Below, in pieces: positions 11,245-19,649 of a stretch of 64,000 bases of DNA. This DNA is from a phage. The first letter of the stretch is position 1. The number at the start of each line of letters is the position of its first letter. The DNA is taken from the sequence record PZ386959.1; one strand, written 5' to 3'. Below the pieces are notes generated by a model. It searched no databases. It was not told the origin of the DNA and saw only the letters and a program-made list of their open reading frames with translations. Made by a program: the position numbers and the translations under genes.

Positions 11245-12057
11245 ATGAACATGACTGTAGACCAAATGCTTAAAGAAAAAGGTATTGATGAAGCATTTTT
11301 AATCAATGCTGTAGAAAGCATGGCTATGATTCTTCGTGGAAACAACTATACAGAACAGTTTATGCCAAAAAGCTATAACTTGCCTGAAGATAAAACTGAT
11401 AACGGTGCTTTTGCAGAGCAGGTTAATATGATGCTGTGCGACAAAACACTTGCTTTAGCATCTATCGTTGTAGGTGTTGATGCTCTTGCAGAGTTCATTT
11501 TTTATGAAATGCAGAAAAATGACTATGTTGCCATGACCTCTGAAGAGAAAGACCTGCTACTACTCGCAGGTAATGATGAACTAATTAACCTGTTAATTTC
11601 ATCAACGAGTGCTGTAATGGCTGCTCTTGAGAAGCGCATGGAAGAGAAACTTTCACGATATGAAAAACTTGATTGGGGCGTAGAAGAATTAAACCCACGA
11701 ATCAAAGAGATTATCCAGCAAACTAAAGAGTCTTTGGAAAAAGCTGTTGAAAATGACTCTGTAGCTGATATAGAACCACTTCAGGTGAAAGTTGCACTGA
11801 TGATTCCAGCTATCTCTACGATGATGAATATCGTTGCACTAATCCAACTTTCACAGATGATGGGTGTGAGTGTTGAGTTCATTGAGGAGATGACTGGTGG
11901 CGTTAGTATGCAAGCAATCAATGATGTTCTTATGAGCATCGGTGCATCAATTATTGAAGAGAAACTACGCATCAACTTTGGTGATGAGTTTGTGAAGCAA
12001 GTTGCAGAGATGGCTGAAAAAGAATCTTCTCAAGTGACTGCTAAACAATTGCACTAA
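11245..12057 (+). CDS. hypothetical protein
   Basis: 270 aa ORF, 1-nt gap from upstream gene. Confidence 0.5.
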   Translation: MNMTVDQMLKEKGIDEAFLINAVESMAMILRGNNYTEQFMPKSYNLPEDKTDNGAFAEQVNMMLCDKTLALASIVVGVDALAEFIFYEMQKNDYVAMTSEEKDLLLLAGNDELINLLISSTSAVMAALEKRMEEKLSRYEKLDWGVEELNPRIKEIIQQTKESLEKAVENDSVADIEPLQVKVALMIPAISTMMNIVALIQLSQMMGVSVEFIEEMTGGVSMQAINDVLMSIGASIIEEKLRINFGDEFVKQVAEMAEKESSQVTAKQLH

Positions 12058-12074
12058 TCATTTATAAACTTACA

Positions 12075-12098
12075 AGCCTCCTTAGTTGGGGGCTTTTT
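12075..12098 (+). terminator. intrinsic terminator
   Basis: AGCCTCC-TTAGTT-GGGGGCT followed by TTTTT; same hairpin sequence recurs on the minus strand at 48076-48101. Confidence 0.55.
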
Positions 12099-12117
12099 AG
12101 TAATTGATGGAGATAAA

Positions 12118-12861
12118 ATGAGTAATATCATTGCATTTACTGGAAAGGCACGTTCTGGAAAGGACACCTCTTGTTCTATTGTGAAGGCTATTTTGGAAGA
12201 TGAGTATGGTTACAATGTTGCAGTAATGGCCTTTGCAGATAACCTTAAGATATCTGCTTCCAAGATATTTGACCTTACTTGGAATGACCTTTATGGTGAA
12301 ACTAAAGAGACTCCACAAGTATTTGATTTATCATACCATGAACTTATGTTTAAAGTTGCGGAAGCTATGGAGTTCACCTTCAAAGATGAGAGATACCATC
12401 TTGACTTTAAGCTTATGTCAGAATTAACCGGACGATTAATTATGGAGCTTAAAAAGGTTGCTAAACCAACTTTATTAACACGTCTGGGGTTTAGTAAAAA
12501 ATATAAATTCTCATCAAGGCAAATCCAACAGATTTGGGGTACTGAAGTTATCCGTAAAGTTATGGGTGATAAATTCTGGTCTAAAGACCTTGAAAAAAGG
12601 ATGGTTAACTTCTTTGACGCTTGTGCAATAAGATATCAAGATGGTGTTGTTTTAATCAGTGATTTGAGGTTTGACTCTGAAGCTGAGTGGCTTGGAAGAT
12701 TTCCACACCAAACTATTGAAGTAAAAAGAGACAATGTGGATAAGATTTCGTCACATGTTTCAGAAAATGGTATTTCCACCAAATATGAGCGTGACATTAT
12801 TCATAATAATGGTACTCTTGCAGACCTTGAGAACAAGCTAAGAGCTATTCTGAAAATTTAA
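12118..12861 (+). CDS. deoxynucleoside monophosphate kinase
   Basis: 247 aa; N-terminal P-loop IIAFTGKARSGKDT closely resembles T4 gp1 dNMP kinase (GVKRSGKDT). Confidence 0.7.
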   Translation: MSNIIAFTGKARSGKDTSCSIVKAILEDEYGYNVAVMAFADNLKISASKIFDLTWNDLYGETKETPQVFDLSYHELMFKVAEAMEFTFKDERYHLDFKLMSELTGRLIMELKKVAKPTLLTRLGFSKKYKFSSRQIQQIWGTEVIRKVMGDKFWSKDLEKRMVNFFDACAIRYQDGVVLISDLRFDSEAEWLGRFPHQTIEVKRDNVDKISSHVSENGISTKYERDIIHNNGTLADLENKLRAILKI

Positions 12862-12869
12862 AAGAGAGA

Positions 12870-13070
12870 ATGAAGATGAGAGTAAAAGATAATTTTAAAG
12901 TTATTGACCATCGTTTAGTGGAACTCTCATCTCTTTCCAATGAAGTGATGTTTGAACGTCTTAAAAGAGTTGAATCACGAAGGAAAGAGATTGCAGATGA
13001 GATTTATGAACTGGACAAGATTGAGAATGGTTTAAAAGCAGAACTACAACGAAGAGGTGCTAATGTCTAA
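12870..13070 (+). CDS. hypothetical protein
   Basis: 66 aa ORF. Confidence 0.35.
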   Translation: MKMRVKDNFKVIDHRLVELSSLSNEVMFERLKRVESRRKEIADEIYELDKIENGLKAELQRRGANV

Positions 13071-15048
13071 AGGTCGTAAATTAAAAGAGGCTGGTCAGTT
13101 TGTAGGTCATTGTGCATGTCCACGTTGTGGTTCGTCAGATGCTGGTTCAATCTATCACCATGACGATGGCTCTTACTCAATGACTTGCTTTAGTTGTAAC
13201 AAAGGTTTCCCAGAATGGGATTTTGATAAAGGACAAATCGTGAGCACTTATTCTACTGGTTCAGATAGCAAAAATCGTACATTCCGTGGGATGGATTTAG
13301 ATGATGTAAAAGATAACCTTGAAGCTATGGACTTAAAAGACAGGAAGATTCCTGCAAAAGTCCTTGAGAGATTAGGTATCAAGGTTGATATTGATAGTGA
13401 TGGTGAAATTGATGCACACTTCTATCCAACTTACAAACGTAATGAAGATGGAAAGCTAGAGCATGTTGGTTACCGTGTTCGTCATCGTTATCCAGAAGAC
13501 CACCCAAAAGAACACCTACGTGGTAAGTTAAAAGATTTTTCAGGTGGCGTTGGAGACATCAAAGGTGAACTGGCAATGTTTGGTTCATGGATTGCTCCAG
13601 AAGGTGGTAATCGCCTATTTATCTGGGAAGGTGAGATGGAATGTGCTACAGCAATCTATATGACTTCTCTTGCGATTAAGGACAAATCTCGTCGTAAGAA
13701 TTACTGTCATGTGTCCGTTCCATCAGGTGCAAACATCAAGTCTATCAAAGATAATTATCAGTACATTACATCATTTGATGAAATTTACTTGTGCTTTGAT
13801 AACGATGAAGCAGGTGCTAAAGCTACTAAGGAGGCTGCTGGTATCTTACCTATTGAGAAGGTTCGTTTATTCCAGTATCCAGAGGGTGTAAAAGACCTTA
13901 ACGAATGGTGGACAAAGTTCTATAAAGAGAAAGACACAGTTCTGGAAGGGTTTAAGCAGCGTATCTACAATGCACCTCGTTATTGCCCTGCTGGTATCAA
14001 GAACTTTGCAGATGGTTTTGAGGCAATGAAGAATCGTGGCCAGATTCCATTGATTCCTTTCCCAGAGTCTTTCGGGGATTTGAACAGACTGACTTATGGT
14101 GGTTATGGTTTAGGTGAGATTACAACTATTGCAGCACCATCTTCAGTAGGTAAGTCAGCTTACACTCGTGAGATGATTTATTCAGCTTGGAAAGAAACTG
14201 ATTATAATATCGGTGTAATTCCTGTAGAAGATACTTATGAAGAACTTATGGAAATGCTCTGTGCAATCCACCTAAGTAAGCAGATTTCTGAGATTCCTTA
14301 TGACGAACGTGATTGGGATGAATTAAAAGGGGCACACGCAGAACTTTCAAAAGGTCGTCGTATCCACATCGTTGACCATCAAGGGGCAATTGACCAAGAT
14401 AACTTACTGGAGTTTGTTGACTATCTGGTTAACAGCCTAGATTGTAAGATTATCATTCTTGACCCTATTACATTGGCTCTGTCACGTTCCGATACGGATG
14501 AAGAGGAAGTTTTGTCTGAGCTATTGCGTCGTTGCAAACGCTACCAGTATGCACAGGTAAACGTCTGTCACGTTCGTAAGAGTGCAGGTGGTCAGAAAGC
14601 TAACTCTGAAGGTGGAGATATCTCTGAAGAGGATATTAAAGGCTCTGGTGCGTATTTCCAGATTTCTATGAACAACATTCTGTTAATGCGTAACAAGGTT
14701 GACCCAGACCCTGTTAAGAAAAACTTGACAAAAATCAAGTTAACTAAATGTCGTCGTCATGGTAAGTCAACGGGTATTGCTGGTCATACTTGGTACAATC
14801 CAGATACAGGACGTCTCATTAAAGCATCTGGTTGTGGAGTTGACATTGATGGTGCAGCAGAAAATATCCGTCAACAGTTTGGTATTGGTGAGGCTGAAGA
14901 CCATTACGATGACTCTTTGCCACATTATGAGGATGAAGTGTTTGACCGTGAGACTGGTGAAGTCTATACTGATGAGCAGCGTCAAAGTTCAACAATTCCA
15001 CCAGTCGTAAGTGAGGATGCAGATGACTGCCCGTTCGAAACTGAGTGA
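13057..15048 (+). CDS. DNA primase-helicase (T7 gp4-like)
   Basis: 663 aa; N-terminal zinc ribbon CPRCGSSD..CFSCNKGF, central acidic primase region, C-terminal DnaB-like Walker A (AAPSSVGKSAY). Confidence 0.8.
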   Translation: MLMSKGRKLKEAGQFVGHCACPRCGSSDAGSIYHHDDGSYSMTCFSCNKGFPEWDFDKGQIVSTYSTGSDSKNRTFRGMDLDDVKDNLEAMDLKDRKIPAKVLERLGIKVDIDSDGEIDAHFYPTYKRNEDGKLEHVGYRVRHRYPEDHPKEHLRGKLKDFSGGVGDIKGELAMFGSWIAPEGGNRLFIWEGEMECATAIYMTSLAIKDKSRRKNYCHVSVPSGANIKSIKDNYQYITSFDEIYLCFDNDEAGAKATKEAAGILPIEKVRLFQYPEGVKDLNEWWTKFYKEKDTVLEGFKQRIYNAPRYCPAGIKNFADGFEAMKNRGQIPLIPFPESFGDLNRLTYGGYGLGEITTIAAPSSVGKSAYTREMIYSAWKETDYNIGVIPVEDTYEELMEMLCAIHLSKQISEIPYDERDWDELKGAHAELSKGRRIHIVDHQGAIDQDNLLEFVDYLVNSLDCKIIILDPITLALSRSDTDEEEVLSELLRRCKRYQYAQVNVCHVRKSAGGQKANSEGGDISEEDIKGSGAYFQISMNNILLMRNKVDPDPVKKNLTKIKLTKCRRHGKSTGIAGHTWYNPDTGRLIKASGCGVDIDGAAENIRQQFGIGEAEDHYDDSLPHYEDEVFDRETGEVYTDEQRQSSTIPPVVSEDADDCPFETE

Positions 15049-15300
15049 TAGCTATAAAAGAGAGGGGTTCATACCCTTCTTTGAAGAAAAAAGTTTAAAT
15101 AAATTTCAGGAAGAGTGTTTGACAAAGGTTGATAGGTTCTATAGAATGCTCTACATGAAATGTGATGGGGGTGTCGAAGTAGAGAAAAAGTCCTATCACA
15201 ATACTGTCACAGTCATCATCACTATACCTGAACATAATATTGGTTGGCTGTTTGTAATAAAAGAAAATGTGTTTGAATATCAAGTATATCGGAGAATATC

Positions 15301-15450
15301 ATGAAACACTCTAAAGCATTTGAAAAAGTTTTTGGGGATTCCTTAAAAGCCACTGCTGGAAAACCAGCAAAATACTATGAAGAGAAGCGTGTAAGAACTG
15401 GAAAAACTGCACGCAAAGCATCTTCTAAAGATAAGCACAACTTCCAGTAA
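15301..15450 (+). CDS. small basic protein
   Basis: 49 aa ORF (MKHSKAFEKVFGDS...), below the ORF-track cutoff; GGAGA SD 5 nt upstream. Confidence 0.3.
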   Translation: MKHSKAFEKVFGDSLKATAGKPAKYYEEKRVRTGKTARKASSKDKHNFQ

Positions 15451-15457
15451 TTAATGT

Positions 15458-15486
15458 TTGACAATAGAGTATCAACAAATTAGAAT
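15458..15486 (+). promoter_or_regulatory. sigma70-like promoter
   Basis: TTGACA, 17 nt spacer, TAGAAT; upstream of 15523 gene. Confidence 0.55.
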
Positions 15487-15522
15487 TGGTACTCTTCATA
15501 AATTGAGATAGAGGTTTAAATA

Positions 15523-16380
15523 ATGTCTAAAGTTGTTAAAATGAAAGCTCCGGTAGAGAAGTACAACGGTACTGAACGTCAAACTCTGCGTTACCTTCTG
15601 AAAGATGTCTGGTTTTATTACCTGAACACTTCACCACGTCCGGGAAAAGGTAAGTCCATTGATAAGAAATTCCCAGGCAAAGACTGTAACTACAGCGTTT
15701 CAATTCTGGCAGAAGATGGTAACAAGCTGTTTAAAGAGTTTACTAAGTCTAAGAAAAACCCAGAAGGTTGGGATAAAGTTACTACTGAAGCAGTTGATGC
15801 AGATGACTTCGAAGAGAAGTTTGGTTGTAAACCACCTTTTGAAGCAGACACTTACTACATCTTGAAAGTAAGTCGTGCAGCAGCTTATAAAGACGGTGCT
15901 GTGTGGACAGCTAAACAGTCATTCCCTGTGATGCTGATTGAAGAAGTAAATGGTAAGCGTGTAGCTGTTAAACAGCCGATGAAGAAAATCAAAGCTCAAG
16001 CATCTGATAAACATGAAGATGACAAGAACTATGATGTAATTCATCCAGATATTGCAGTCGGTAACGGTTCTTTTGGTAGTGTGATTCTTTCTACTCACTT
16101 CTACACTTTTGAGAACAATGTTCTTACAAAACCTATTCAGGAACAGTTTATCATTGATACCCTTGTACCTTACACTGGTGGTAACGGTGCTAATGGTGAA
16201 CCTGAACTGGATGAAGATGAACTGGCTATGCTTGGTCTTGATGGTGTTGAAGATAACGGTGAAATCACTGAAGAAGATGCAACAGACCACAAACCTTCTA
16301 ATGCCTCTGATGATGGCGATGACGAAGACTTGCCAGACCCAGATGACGAAGAAGATGAAGACTTCGATACAGAAGACTAA
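15523..16380 (+). CDS. acidic-tailed protein, possible ssDNA-binding protein
   Basis: 285 aa; C-terminal tail DDGDDEDLPDPDDEEDEDFDTED resembles acidic C-termini of phage SSBs; function not established. Confidence 0.4.
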   Translation: MSKVVKMKAPVEKYNGTERQTLRYLLKDVWFYYLNTSPRPGKGKSIDKKFPGKDCNYSVSILAEDGNKLFKEFTKSKKNPEGWDKVTTEAVDADDFEEKFGCKPPFEADTYYILKVSRAAAYKDGAVWTAKQSFPVMLIEEVNGKRVAVKQPMKKIKAQASDKHEDDKNYDVIHPDIAVGNGSFGSVILSTHFYTFENNVLTKPIQEQFIIDTLVPYTGGNGANGEPELDEDELAMLGLDGVEDNGEITEEDATDHKPSNASDDGDDEDLPDPDDEEDEDFDTED

Positions 16381-16443
16381 TCTCTAAAAAGTTACTTTAA
16401 AGCCCTGTACTTAGTATGGGGCTTTTTCATATGGAGAGCCATA

Positions 16444-17484
16444 ATGGAGAAGTACACATTAACAAAACTTCCAGATTCAGTTACACATGTCTTTATTGAC
16501 TCTGACAGCATTGCCTATAAAGGTGCTTGTGTAGTTGAGAAAGCAAAGTATAAATACGTTAATAAACTCACAGCAGAAGAATCTGAACCATTTGATAATG
16601 CGAAAGATGCTGCAAGATGGTTAGCAGACCAGAGAATCCTTGTGGAAGAGCTTGGCCTGACATTTGATGAAGATGAATGGGAAAGACAAACTTGGAAAGA
16701 AGCTAAGAGTGAAAAAGAAGCTATCATGGCTACTCAACAGGTGCTTCAGGAATGGCTTAAGATTGTTGGTAAAGAAAGAACTTGGGTAGGTTATTTAACA
16801 GAGAAGGGTGTGCATAAACATAAAGACATTAAAGGTCTTGAGCACCAATATCAAGGTAACCGTAAAGATGCCGTCACACCAACACACTTAGTCGCTTGTC
16901 GTGAATACCTTTTATCCAGACCAGAGTTCAAGCTCTTAAAGGGGGGCTTCGAAGCCGATTCAATCGTAATTGCTAAAGCTGAAAATATGGGTAAGAAGGC
17001 TGCTCTTATGAGTATTGACAAAGACCTTCGACAAGCTGAAGGAACTTATTGTATTGATATGACTTATGAAAAATCACCACTAATCTTTATTGCTGATAAT
17101 AATGTTGGTGATATCTGGGATTGTCCTATCAAATCAAAACCAAAAGCTGCAAAAACAGTTGGTGTAGGTTTTAAATTCTTGTGCTATCAGGCTGTTGCTG
17201 GAGATAATGCAGACAACTACTTCGGACTTAAAGGTGCTGGTAAAGTAGCTGTGATGAATGCTTTAGATGGTAAAGAGACCTACAAAGAGTGTCTTGATGC
17301 TATCTATGAACTTTATGCTAAAAAAGACTCTTATACCTATGTGTCATGGGATGGACAGACTGTTACAAAGACACCGTTAGAGTTAATGGAACAGCATTTC
17401 TGGATAGCATATCAAGAGAGAAATCCAAAAGATAATTTCTCTTTTAAGAAATATAATTGGGAGCCGTGTATGAATGAAGATTAA
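16444..17484 (+). CDS. 5'-3' exonuclease / flap endonuclease
   Basis: 346 aa; VFIDSDSIAYKG (N-domain), ADSIVIAKAENMGKKAALMSIDKDLRQ (I-domain, EADD..DKD-like), GDNADNYFGLKGAGKVAVMNAL (H3TH-like). Confidence 0.65.
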   Translation: MEKYTLTKLPDSVTHVFIDSDSIAYKGACVVEKAKYKYVNKLTAEESEPFDNAKDAARWLADQRILVEELGLTFDEDEWERQTWKEAKSEKEAIMATQQVLQEWLKIVGKERTWVGYLTEKGVHKHKDIKGLEHQYQGNRKDAVTPTHLVACREYLLSRPEFKLLKGGFEADSIVIAKAENMGKKAALMSIDKDLRQAEGTYCIDMTYEKSPLIFIADNNVGDIWDCPIKSKPKAAKTVGVGFKFLCYQAVAGDNADNYFGLKGAGKVAVMNALDGKETYKECLDAIYELYAKKDSYTYVSWDGQTVTKTPLELMEQHFWIAYQERNPKDNFSFKKYNWEPCMNED

Positions 17485-17971
17485 AGGATTTGGCAATTGC
17501 CCCACCTATGGTCATTGGGTATCTTTATGTGGGGAAGTTGACCCCACTAAACATTTTGGTTTTGTATATTTAGTATATTGTAAGAAAACCAGACAATATT
17601 ATATAGGGAAGAAACAGTTTAATAGCGTGACCAAAAGAAAAGTTGCTGGCAAGACTCGGAAGAAGGTAGTCACTAAGGAGAGTGATTGGATGACTTACGA
17701 GACTTCTTCTGAGTATATTAAAAAAGATATTGAGAGCTTTGGAAAAGAATTTTTTGACTTTTACATTATCCAAACCTACTACACGAAAGGTGGCCTAGTT
17801 TATGGTGAAGCAAACCTCCAACATAAATTCGATGTAATGACAAAAAGGATTGACTCTAAGCTCAGACTCTTCTACAATGCCAACATTGCAGCAATTAAGT
17901 TTATCACTAAAGAAACTTATGAGGATGCTGAAAAAAGAATCCATAAGGTAATGAAAGCAAATTGTGCTTGA
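17474..17971 (+). CDS. GIY-YIG homing-endonuclease-like protein
   Basis: 165 aa; GFVYLVYCKKTRQYYIGKK fits the GIY..(10 aa)..YIG motif. Confidence 0.45.
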   Translation: MKIKGFGNCPTYGHWVSLCGEVDPTKHFGFVYLVYCKKTRQYYIGKKQFNSVTKRKVAGKTRKKVVTKESDWMTYETSSEYIKKDIESFGKEFFDFYIIQTYYTKGGLVYGEANLQHKFDVMTKRIDSKLRLFYNANIAAIKFITKETYEDAEKRIHKVMKANCA

Positions 17972-17977
17972 TAACTA

Positions 17978-18223
17978 TTGAGAGAGAATAAAATGTTTAA
18001 CAAAAGTAAAGCTGTGAGTCATGTAGCAAAAGTTGACAGCAAGATTGAAGAACTTGAGCGCATCCTTGCAAATGCCAGAGAGGCAATAATTAAAGAAGTT
18101 GAAGCTGTTGAATCTCAAATGCAGCACCTAATGCTTAAACGTCAAGAGTTACGTGAGCATCTGGAATATATTGAAACACGAGAGCTAAAAGTTAACAGAT
18201 TTTTAAGGAGTCCGAATGTTTAA
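17978..18223 (+). CDS. hypothetical coiled-coil protein
   Basis: 81 aa ORF. Confidence 0.4.
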   Translation: MRENKMFNKSKAVSHVAKVDSKIEELERILANAREAIIKEVEAVESQMQHLMLKRQELREHLEYIETRELKVNRFLRSPNV

Positions 18224-18971
18224 CTCAAGAGAATCAGTAAAAAACTGGAATCTTCGTTGCGGAAACACCCAAAAGCAACCTTACAGTGATGAGTATTGGG
18301 AATCTTTGAAATCCCAGTCTCTGTGTATGCTTGAAGAAGCAAAAGAGCTTGTAAAAGCAATTGAAGAGAAAGACCCCATTGAGACACTGGATGCTCAGGC
18401 AGATTTACAATATGTTCTTGACGGTTTGATTTACCTGTCACAACATGACCATAACGGTGCTATGGAAGCTGTTTGCCATAATAATGACCTGAAGTACACA
18501 GATGACTATGAAGAAGCTTTAAAACGTCTTGCAGATATTGAGAAGCGTACTGGTCAAGAGTGTATTATCAGAATGTCAGTAGTTGATGGTAAAGAATGGT
18601 ATGCGATTGTTCGTGCAGCCGATGGGAAGATTATGAAGCAATCAAATCTCCCTAAAGTACAGCTTGGTGAATACATTGTAGAACTTGAAAGCCAAGAACT
18701 TTTTGTGGTAGTATCTGAGACATGCGTTATCTGCAAAGGTATTGTAGATAGCTTAAAGGATTTGGGTGTAGATGGTTTTGTAGAAGTTAATCCAATTACC
18801 TCTAAAGCAGATAAAGATTTCTGTAAAGAGAATGGACTATGGATTGCAGATATTGTCTACTATAATGGTGAGCAGTTCCATGTAACCTCATACCCGAAAC
18901 TGAATTATGATGCTAATAACCTGAAGTGCTGGTTAAAAGGGGTTGGTTATAATGGATTCACAGAACATTAA
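18216..18971 (+). CDS. hypothetical protein
   Basis: 251 aa ORF. Confidence 0.5.
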   Translation: MFNSRESVKNWNLRCGNTQKQPYSDEYWESLKSQSLCMLEEAKELVKAIEEKDPIETLDAQADLQYVLDGLIYLSQHDHNGAMEAVCHNNDLKYTDDYEEALKRLADIEKRTGQECIIRMSVVDGKEWYAIVRAADGKIMKQSNLPKVQLGEYIVELESQELFVVVSETCVICKGIVDSLKDLGVDGFVEVNPITSKADKDFCKENGLWIADIVYYNGEQFHVTSYPKLNYDANNLKCWLKGVGYNGFTEH

Positions 18972-19275
18972 TAAAGAAGGTGTGGCTCAGAAGAGCCACT
19001 TCTCAAACTACAATATTTCTATGACGGTGTTTATGAATGACCCGTTACTAGAAAAGTACGGAGAAACTCCAGATACACTTCTGGATAATGAACAAGTTTT
19101 AAGAGCAGTTCTGTACAAATACGGGATTGATATTGAAAAAGAGTATTCTTTTGAAATTTGCCAACATAGAAATACTTTTGGTAAAGTTGTAGTCGCCCCC
19201 CTATTCATGGGTGTAGAAAGAACTGACTATGGTTGGTTGTATCTAAAAAGAAACTTGGAGAAATACCGTGTCTAA
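18943..19275 (+). CDS. hypothetical protein
   Basis: 110 aa ORF. Confidence 0.4.
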   Translation: MVIMDSQNINKEGVAQKSHFSNYNISMTVFMNDPLLEKYGETPDTLLDNEQVLRAVLYKYGIDIEKEYSFEICQHRNTFGKVVVAPLFMGVERTDYGWLYLKRNLEKYRV

Positions 19276-19603
19276 AACAAAAAAGCTATCTTATGATGAC
19301 ATCATCTCAGGTGCTAAGTTAGGTGTTGACAGTATCGGACAAGATATCAAGCACGGGGACACAGTGATGTACTGTGATGACCGAAGAGGAAGAAGTGCAA
19401 TCTTGTTTGGAAGAATTGTTTGCAAGATGCGAGGTAATTACGTTGTTGCAGACATGGATGAGAACACTACACAAGAGCTTGAAGCAATTATGAATGGCAA
19501 CACCTCATCGTGGTTCCTGAATTGTATGCACACTGCTTCAGTCACAAAGGTAAGTGATAAGTTTTACGACATGTGGCAGAATGAGCAAATTTTCAAGATT
19601 TAA
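19268..19603 (+). CDS. hypothetical protein
   Basis: 111 aa ORF. Confidence 0.4.
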   Translation: MSKTKKLSYDDIISGAKLGVDSIGQDIKHGDTVMYCDDRRGRSAILFGRIVCKMRGNYVVADMDENTTQELEAIMNGNTSSWFLNCMHTASVTKVSDKFYDMWQNEQIFKI

Positions 19604-19609
19604 ACTAGG

Positions 19610-19631
19610 GAGCCTCTTCGGAGGCTCTTTT
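19610..19631 (+). terminator. intrinsic terminator
   Basis: GAGCCTC-TTCG-GAGGCTC followed by TTTT. Confidence 0.7.
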
Positions 19632-19649
19632 CATCTGTAGGATTTAAAA

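Noticed and set aside
15011-15304. 97-aa ORF overlapping the 3' end of the primase-helicase gene
   Set aside because: Starts 37 nt inside the primase-helicase reading frame in another frame with no SD; kept out of the feature list as probably spurious, though a short product from a downstream start cannot be excluded.
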